This document shows positions 58,805 to 64,000 of a stretch of DNA of 64,000 bases, piece by piece. The stretch comes from Sedimentisphaerales bacterium (GTDB lineage: Bacteria; Planctomycetota; Phycisphaerae; Sedimentisphaerales; Anaerobacaceae): positions 3,200,001 through 3,264,000 of the forward strand of contig OY970194.1 of NCBI GenBank assembly GCA_963708075.1. Direction: 5' to 3'. The notes under the pieces were generated by a model that did not search any database, was not told the DNA's origin, and saw only the letters and a list, made by a program, of their open reading frames with translations. Position numbers and translations under genes: made by a program. How positions within the stretch are numbered: position 1 is the first letter of the stretch; the number at the start of each line of letters is the position of its first letter.

Positions 58805-59278
58805 GTGAGTCACAGCAGAAAGAGAATGGCCGTCTTGTGTTTGACAGTGCTGATTGGCGGCGGATGGATCAGCATAGCCGCCCGATCCGCAGACCGGACG
58901 GCTGAGCCGGCGGCGCCCCAGCAGAGCGACTCGTTCCTCGCCGATCCCAATTTCACCAGCCAGGCGGATGTCCCCTTCGGCGGCGGAGGACTCTTTGCCA
59001 GGATGATGCTCTGCATCCTGCTGGTAGCCGGCCTGGGCGTCGGCATGCTGTATGTGTCGAAGAAGGTGCTGCCCAAAGTCACGAACACCGCCGGCAAGGA
59101 GATTCGCATTCGCGAGACAGCCCACCTTGGACCCCGCAAGGCACTGCACCTTGTCGAGATCGGTAACCACAAGCTGCTCATCGGCAGCACGAACGACAGC
59201 ATCACGGCCTTGGCAGACGTGACCGACACGTGGCTGGACGTATCGAAACAGGAACCTGATGATACAGTGAGACTGTAA
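58805..59278 (+). CDS. fliO: Flagellar biosynthesis protein FliO
   Basis: TM helix then IRIRETAHLGPRKALHLVEIGNHKLLIGST..SIT.L. Confidence 0.88.
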   Translation: MSHSRKRMAVLCLTVLIGGGWISIAARSADRTAEPAAPQQSDSFLADPNFTSQADVPFGGGGLFARMMLCILLVAGLGVGMLYVSKKVLPKVTNTAGKEIRIRETAHLGPRKALHLVEIGNHKLLIGSTNDSITALADVTDTWLDVSKQEPDDTVRL

Positions 59279-60118
59279 ATGCACCGGCTGACGCAGACAA
59301 TCACGATTCTGGTCTCCGTTCTGTCCCTGACAGCGCCGGTGGATGGACAGGCGAAACGGTCCCCCGCGCCGCCGGTCATGCCGCAGGTGACCACGGCCAG
59401 CACCAAGCCTGCTACCCCAGCCAACGTCCCGAGCATCGCCGAGCTGGTCTCGGTGATGGAAAAGGCCACGTCGCAAAAAGGCGACGGCAAGGAGTGGTCC
59501 ACGCCGGTCAAGCTCGTCATCATCTTCGGGGGCCTGGCGATTCTGCCGACCCTGCTCGTCATGATGACCTCGTTCACGCGAATCGTCATCGTGCTTTCCT
59601 TCGTCCGGCGAGCCCTGACCACGCAGACCATCCCGCCGACAATCGCCATCATGGGTCTGGGCCTGTTTCTGACCTTCTATACGATGGCCCCCACGTACGC
59701 CAAGATGAACGTCGAGGCGATTCAGCCTTACCTGGCGGACAAGATCACGTTCGGAGCCGCCGCCCAGAAGGCCAGCGACTGCATGAAGGAGTTCATGCTT
59801 CGCCAAAGCCGCAAGGCCGACCTGGCTCTCTTCGTGCAGATGGCCAAGGCCCCCGCTCCGGCCACGCCGATGGATGTCCCCATGCATATCGTGGTCCCTG
59901 CGTTCATCATCAGCGAGTTTCGCACGGCCTTCGAGATCGGCTGCCTGCTGTTCATCCCCTTCCTGCTGATCGACATGGTCATCGCCAGCGTGCTGCTCAG
60001 CGCGGGCATGATGATGCTGCCGCCGGTCATGATCTCCCTGCCGTTCAAACTGATTCTGTTCATTCTGGTCGATGGCTGGGGCCTCCTGGCCAAGAGCCTG
60101 AGCCTGGGTTTTCGATAG
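59279..60118 (+). CDS. fliP: Flagellar export gate protein FliP
   Basis: MMTSFTRIVIVLSFVR, PAFIISE, GMMMLPP.MISLPFKL.LF.LVDGW. Confidence 0.96.
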   Translation: MHRLTQTITILVSVLSLTAPVDGQAKRSPAPPVMPQVTTASTKPATPANVPSIAELVSVMEKATSQKGDGKEWSTPVKLVIIFGGLAILPTLLVMMTSFTRIVIVLSFVRRALTTQTIPPTIAIMGLGLFLTFYTMAPTYAKMNVEAIQPYLADKITFGAAAQKASDCMKEFMLRQSRKADLALFVQMAKAPAPATPMDVPMHIVVPAFIISEFRTAFEIGCLLFIPFLLIDMVIASVLLSAGMMMLPPVMISLPFKLILFILVDGWGLLAKSLSLGFR

Positions 60119-60120
60119 GA

Positions 60121-60211
60121 GAGTTCGGAGTTGACAGTTCCCAGTTGTCAGTTGGCCGGGAACTGTGATCTGGGAACTGGGAACTGAGAACTGGGAACTG
60201 AGAACTGAGAA
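60121..60211. repeat. Inverted pair of heptamer arrays (CAGTTCC/CAGTTGT)n ... (GGAACTG/AGAACTG)n
   Basis: fliP-fliQ spacer; at least 7 units on the right side. Confidence 0.85.
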
Positions 60212-60214
60212 CGT

Positions 60215-60484
60215 ATGGATAGTAGTTTTGTATTGTACCTGGGACGGCATACGCTGGAGACGGCCCTGCTCTTGTCGGCGCCGATCCTGCTCACCTGCCT
60301 GGTCGTCGGTGTCGCCATCACCCTGGTGCAGGCGGTCACTTCCATCCGGGACATGACCCTGACCATCGTACCCAAGCTGCTGGCCGTCGGCGCCGTGACA
60401 ATGCTGTTCGGCGGCTGGACGCTTCAGGTCATGCTGCGCTTCACCACGGAGATATTCGCTCACATGCAAAACATCGGACATTGA
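60215..60484 (+). CDS. fliQ: Flagellar export gate protein FliQ
   Basis: SAPIL..VVGVAI.LVQAVTSIRDMTL.IVPKL. Confidence 0.94.
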   Translation: MDSSFVLYLGRHTLETALLLSAPILLTCLVVGVAITLVQAVTSIRDMTLTIVPKLLAVGAVTMLFGGWTLQVMLRFTTEIFAHMQNIGH

Positions 60485-60568
60485 TTATTGATTATGGATG
60501 ATGGATGATTGAAAATGGAAGTCTCCCTTCCACGCTCAATCATCGATAATCAATCATCCTTCATCAAT
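60481..60568. repeat. Inverted pair of heptamer arrays (TTGATTA/TGGATGA)n ... (TCAATCA)n
   Basis: fliQ-fliR spacer; begins at the fliQ stop codon. Confidence 0.8.
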
Positions 60569-60579
60569 GAAGGGTTCCC

Positions 60580-61317
60580 ATGCTTCTCGGCTTCGCGCTG
60601 ATTCTGACCCGGATTTCCGCCTTCTTCGTGGTCCTGCCGGTCTTCGGGTGGAAGACGATCCCCGCCCAGATCAAGGTAGCCGCGACCGTGCTGCTGTCGC
60701 TGTTCTTCTATTTCATCACGCCCCTGCCGGCGGGCCTGGGAAAAGCCGCCCCGCTGACGATATTCCTGCTGCTGAGTAGCGAGGCCCTCTACGGCTTCGC
60801 CCTGGGCCTCATCATCGCCCTGCTGTTTTCCGTCGTGCGGCTCAGCGGGCTCATCATCGAGCAGCAAATGGGACTGACGATGTCCGAGATCCTCGACCCG
60901 CTGACGGAGAATGAGAGCAGCCCCTTCGGCAGCCTCGTGGAGATGGTCTTTGTCCTGCTGTTCCTGAGCGCCAACGGCCATCACCTGTTCCTGCTGGTGC
61001 TCGCCAGGAGCTATGACGCGTTCCCGTCCGGCACGATGCCAACGATCGCTCTGCTGACCGGCGGAGTGATCAACACGAGCACAGCCATGTTCGTGGCCAG
61101 TTTGAGGCTGGCGGCTCCGATGCTCGCGGCGTTCCTGGTGCTCATGGTGGCCCTGGCCCTGCTGGCCCGGCTGGTCCCCGAGATGAATATCCTGTTCGAG
61201 AGCATGTCGGTGCGAGTCGCGCTCGGACTGTTCCTGACTGCCGTGTTTCTGCCCTTCATCAATAGTTTCGTCACGGAAATGGCCGACTGGATGGTTAAAC
61301 TGCTGCCGCTTTCATAA
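60580..61317 (+). CDS. fliR: Flagellar export gate protein FliR
   Basis: RISAFF...PVFG, QMGL....ILDP, LSANGHH, LARLVPEMNI. Confidence 0.94.
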   Translation: MLLGFALILTRISAFFVVLPVFGWKTIPAQIKVAATVLLSLFFYFITPLPAGLGKAAPLTIFLLLSSEALYGFALGLIIALLFSVVRLSGLIIEQQMGLTMSEILDPLTENESSPFGSLVEMVFVLLFLSANGHHLFLLVLARSYDAFPSGTMPTIALLTGGVINTSTAMFVASLRLAAPMLAAFLVLMVALALLARLVPEMNILFESMSVRVALGLFLTAVFLPFINSFVTEMADWMVKLLPLS

Positions 61318-61351
61318 AAGAAGCACGAGTTTCGAGTGGGTGGCGTTGCAT

Positions 61352-61392
61352 CGCAAATCGTAAATTGTAAATGGTAAATCGCAAATCCAGAA
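61352..61392 (+). repeat. Single heptamer array (AAATCGT-type) abutting the flhB start
   Basis: cgcaaatcgtaaattgtaaatggtaaatcgcaaatccagaa-ATG. Confidence 0.75.
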
Positions 61393-62472
61393 ATGCCTGA
61401 CAAACCAGCCGCCGAAAGGACTGAACAACCGACCTCGCGAAGGCTTCAAAAGGCGAGGGAAAGTGGCCAGGTGCCGCAAAGCCAGGAGCTGGCGACCGCC
61501 ATCACGCTGATCGTCCTGCTGCTGACGCTGACACTGCTGGCCCCGGGCCTGTTTCGCTGGTGCCGTCTGAAGGTGGAAACCGGCCTGACGGCCCACAGCG
61601 GCGCGTTCACCGATCCGCAGACGTTCGTGCGGTTCCTCAACGGCGGCATCATCGACACAATCCTCGTTACTCTGCCCGTTCTTGCGGCACTGATGGCCGC
61701 CGGCATTCTCGGCAGTGTTGTCGTCAGCGGCTGGAGTTTCTCGCCCGGCGCGTTGCAGTTCAAGTGGAACGCGATCAATCCCGCCGCCGTGATCGGTAAT
61801 GCGATGAACCCCCGCTCCCTGGCTCGGTTCCTGGTGTCCGTCGCGAAGCTCTGCTTCGTCAGCCTCATCGTCTGGCTCTATCTGCGCGACAAGCTGGAGA
61901 CGATGGCCGTCCTGCGCTGGGCATGGTCCACACAGATCATGGCTGAGATCGCCCGAATCATCTTCGGCCTGTGCCTTCGCGTTGCCATCGCCGTACTCAT
62001 CATCGGCCTGGCCGACGCGCTCTATCAGAAATGGCAGTACATCCAGGAACTGAAGATGACCCGGCAGGAGGTCAGACAGGAGCGAAAGGACATCGAAGGC
62101 TCGCCGGAAGTGAAGGCGAGAATCCGCCGAATCCAGGTGGAAATGTCGCTGAGGCGGCTGCGGCAGGAGGTCCCGAAGGCCAGTGTCATCCTCGTGAACC
62201 CGACGCACGTGGCCGTCGCGTTGCGCTACGAGCCCAAGACCATGGACGCCCCGATCCTGCTGGCCAAGGGCGCCGACCACATCGCCGAGCGGATCGTCAG
62301 CATCGGCCGTGCCTACGGCGTGCCCATCGTCCGACGCCCGGAGGTCGCACGAGCCATCTACGCCACCGTCAAGCCCGGCCGAACCATTCCCGAAGCCCTC
62401 TACGTCGCCGTCGCCGAGGTCCTCGCCATGCTCCTGCGCCTCCGACAGAGAAAACGCCTCGCCAAAAGCTGA
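61393..62472 (+). CDS. flhB: Flagellar export protein FlhB
   Basis: ERTEQPTSRRLQKARESGQV, LKMTRQEV..E.K..EGSPEVK, NPTH autocleavage motif. Confidence 0.96.
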   Translation: MPDKPAAERTEQPTSRRLQKARESGQVPQSQELATAITLIVLLLTLTLLAPGLFRWCRLKVETGLTAHSGAFTDPQTFVRFLNGGIIDTILVTLPVLAALMAAGILGSVVVSGWSFSPGALQFKWNAINPAAVIGNAMNPRSLARFLVSVAKLCFVSLIVWLYLRDKLETMAVLRWAWSTQIMAEIARIIFGLCLRVAIAVLIIGLADALYQKWQYIQELKMTRQEVRQERKDIEGSPEVKARIRRIQVEMSLRRLRQEVPKASVILVNPTHVAVALRYEPKTMDAPILLAKGADHIAERIVSIGRAYGVPIVRRPEVARAIYATVKPGRTIPEALYVAVAEVLAMLLRLRQRKRLAKS

Positions 62473-62777
62473 CGTCCCTACCCCAATTCCGAAATCCAAA
62501 ATCCAGCCCGCAGCGTGTGCTCGACTCGCCATGTCCTCTACTCGGTATCGCCCGCAAGAGCCTTGCAGGCAATTTCCACGCTCCTCACGTTCTCACCGAG
62601 GACCCTCCTGCGTGCACAACCGATATGTCCCGTCCCTGGATGATCCTGTCAATCCAGGCGTATACAGCGCCCGGCTTTCTGAGTCAAGGTGGATGAGAAT
62701 TCAGCCACGAGCGGGGTGCGGTCGCCATTCGGTGGCGGATTCCGATTCCACCGGACAAAAGAGCGCCCCCTCAGTCT

Positions 62778-63060
62778 TCTTTCGCCCCTGCGGGGCTTTG
62801 AGATAGGATTGGCTATCGGTACCCACCGTTGAAACGGTGGGCTATTGTCGATCGCCCCTGTGGGGCGGATGGGCCGATGCAAGAGCACTGGGGCGCAGTC
62901 CAGGCTCGAAGGGCGGTGGAGAATAGCCCTCAATTTGACAGGACCACAAAGCTCAGCCATGGCGCAGTACAAGCCCGCAGGGCGATAGAGAATAGCCCAG
63001 CGATTCATCGCTGGGGAACCGGGGCCAAGGATAAAAGCCAGTCCCGTAAGGGACGAAAGA
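62778..63060. repeat. Composite palindromic element in inverted copies (REP/IS200-IS605-end-like)
   Basis: Unit A 62778-62866 (TCTTTCG-CCCCTGCGGGG...CCCACCGTTGAAACGGTGGG-CTATT...CGCCCC); unit B 62973-63060 is its reverse-complement variant (CCCAGCGATTCATCGCTGGG); a partial copy lies at 62892-62929. Confidence 0.75.
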
Positions 63061-63158
63061 GGGGCGGTCCGCACAAGGCAGCTACACGGCGCCACCGAAT
63101 TCCGACCACACCCCACGAGCGGCGTCTGGGCAGGTTTTTGGGCACTGTGCCGGGTGGC

Positions 63159-63238
63159 CGGGTGCCATGCTTACGCTTGCGTAAGCATGCGTTGCCCATC
63201 GGCGAAGCATGTCCACGCGAGCGTGAACATGGCACCCG
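63159..63238. repeat. REP-like doublet CGGGTGCCATG...CATGGCACCCG
   Basis: 11-bp outer inverted repeat; each half has its own hairpin (CATGCTTACGC-tt-GCGTAAGCATG; CATGTCCACGC-ga-GCGTGAACATG). Confidence 0.8.
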
Positions 63239-63359
63239 AAACCCAAGGTTTCGAGACAGTCAGAGTACTACGGCGCACAGAATAAGCAAAACTGATAATC
63301 CCTTAGCCATTGCGGGACATGGAGTTATATACAACACCTAGGGCGTGCGTGTTTTATAG

Positions 63360-63387
63360 TTGACAAACCACGGCTCTCAGTTATACT
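63360..63387 (+). promoter_or_regulatory. Sigma70-type promoter TTGACA-16-TATACT
   Basis: Near-consensus hexamers about 155 nt upstream of the last gene. Confidence 0.75.
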
Positions 63388-63492
63388 ATGGCTAACGTCG
63401 CGACAGGCGACGCGCGGCGGCCGGCGTGCGGTCGGCCACCGGGGACAAGTGGATGAGTATGTCTGCGAGCAAGTGGATATGACGCTCAGCAT

Positions 63493-63524
63493 GAATCGTA
63501 AATCGTAAATGGTAAATCGTAAAT
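63493..63524 (+). repeat. Heptamer array (AAATCGT)n before the RBS
   Basis: gaatcgt aaatcgt aaatggt aaatcgt aaatc, then GGAGG. Confidence 0.75.
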
Positions 63525-63541
63525 CTTTGGAGGATCACCCC

Positions 63542-64000
63542 ATGGCCAACGCAGCACAAATCACCGCCAACCGCCGTAATGCCGCAAAATCCACCGGGCC
63601 TAAGACGACCCAGGGCAAGGCTATTGTCGCGCGGAACGCCATCAAGCACGGCCTGCTCGCGCGGCAGAACGTCATTCTGGGCGAAGATCCGCAGGAGTTC
63701 GAGCTCGGCCGCCGCAAGTGGCTCGCGGAGCTGGAACCGGTCGGGCACGCGGAAGCCACGCTCGCGGAACGCGTCGCCGGCCTCGCCTGGCGGCTCAAAC
63801 GGGCCGAGCGACTCCAGAACGAGGTCTTCGATTCCCTGCTGGCCAAGGAGCTCGCCGATTCGATGGCGGACTTCGACGACGAGCTGTCGGCCGAGGAGCA
63901 GCAGGAGCTGATGAGCGATCCGAGTGCTGATCCCCGTCTGGCGGTCGGCCGGATGGTCGCCAGGGACTTCAACCGTGAAAGGGCCCTGGAGCGACTGATG
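63542..64000 (+). CDS. Conserved hypothetical protein of the 'ANRRNAxKSTGP' family (partial, runs off the window)
   Basis: Manual translation: MANAAQITANRRNAAKSTGPKTTQGKAIVARNAIKHGLLARQNVILGEDPQEFE...WRLKRAER; GGAGG RBS. Not in the ORF track. Confidence 0.85.
   Translation, partial: MANAAQITANRRNAAKSTGPKTTQGKAIVARNAIKHGLLARQNVILGEDPQEFELGRRKWLAELEPVGHAEATLAERVAGLAWRLKRAERLQNEVFDSLLAKELADSMADFDDELSAEEQQELMSDPSADPRLAVGRMVARDFNRERALERLM

Noticed and set aside
51200..60481. Long minus-strand ORFs (51200-52831, 54114-55139, 58622-60481)
   Set aside because: Antisense shadows of well-supported flagellar genes.
60121..63238. CRISPR array from repeated units
   Set aside because: Repeats are 7-mers or inverted palindromes without constant-length unique spacers; no cas genes.

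Overview
GC-rich bacterial chromosomal segment. Gene content, repeat families and the terminal 'ANRRNAxKSTGP' gene suggest Planctomycetota (Phycisphaerae/Sedimentisphaerales-like); this is an inference. Left to right: secreted glycoside-hydrolase-like genes (GH140/DUF4038); an operon of a fused acetoin/pyruvate-dehydrogenase-type E1 alpha-beta (split here by two 1-nt frameshifts), E2 and a FucI-family sugar isomerase; a ferritin-like cargo plus family 1 encapsulin pair; a tailspike-like beta-helix protein; an FGE-fold protein; a Tat-lipoprotein DUF3795; and a secreted caspase homologue. The caspase gene sits in an old tandem duplication containing two paralogous unknown secreted proteins, each with a conserved, covarying structured 5' leader and 3' hairpins. 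Next come a Tat oxidoreductase, a ~24 kb Wzy-dependent capsule/EPS cluster (Wzi, Wza/SLBB, Wzz, Wzx, Wzy, GTs, Ugd, initiating transferase) preceded by sigma28-like boxes, and a flagellar cluster (fliS, fliC, GT, fliK, flgBC, fliEFGHIJ, motE-like, motA, two motB, fliOPQR, flhB) with clear sigma54 and sigma28 promoters. At least 14 heptamer tandem-repeat arrays (mostly inverted pairs at gene junctions, two read in-frame inside genes) and four REP-like palindrome families occur. No rRNA, tRNA or CRISPR array was seen. All calls come from manual motif recognition; no database searches were run.
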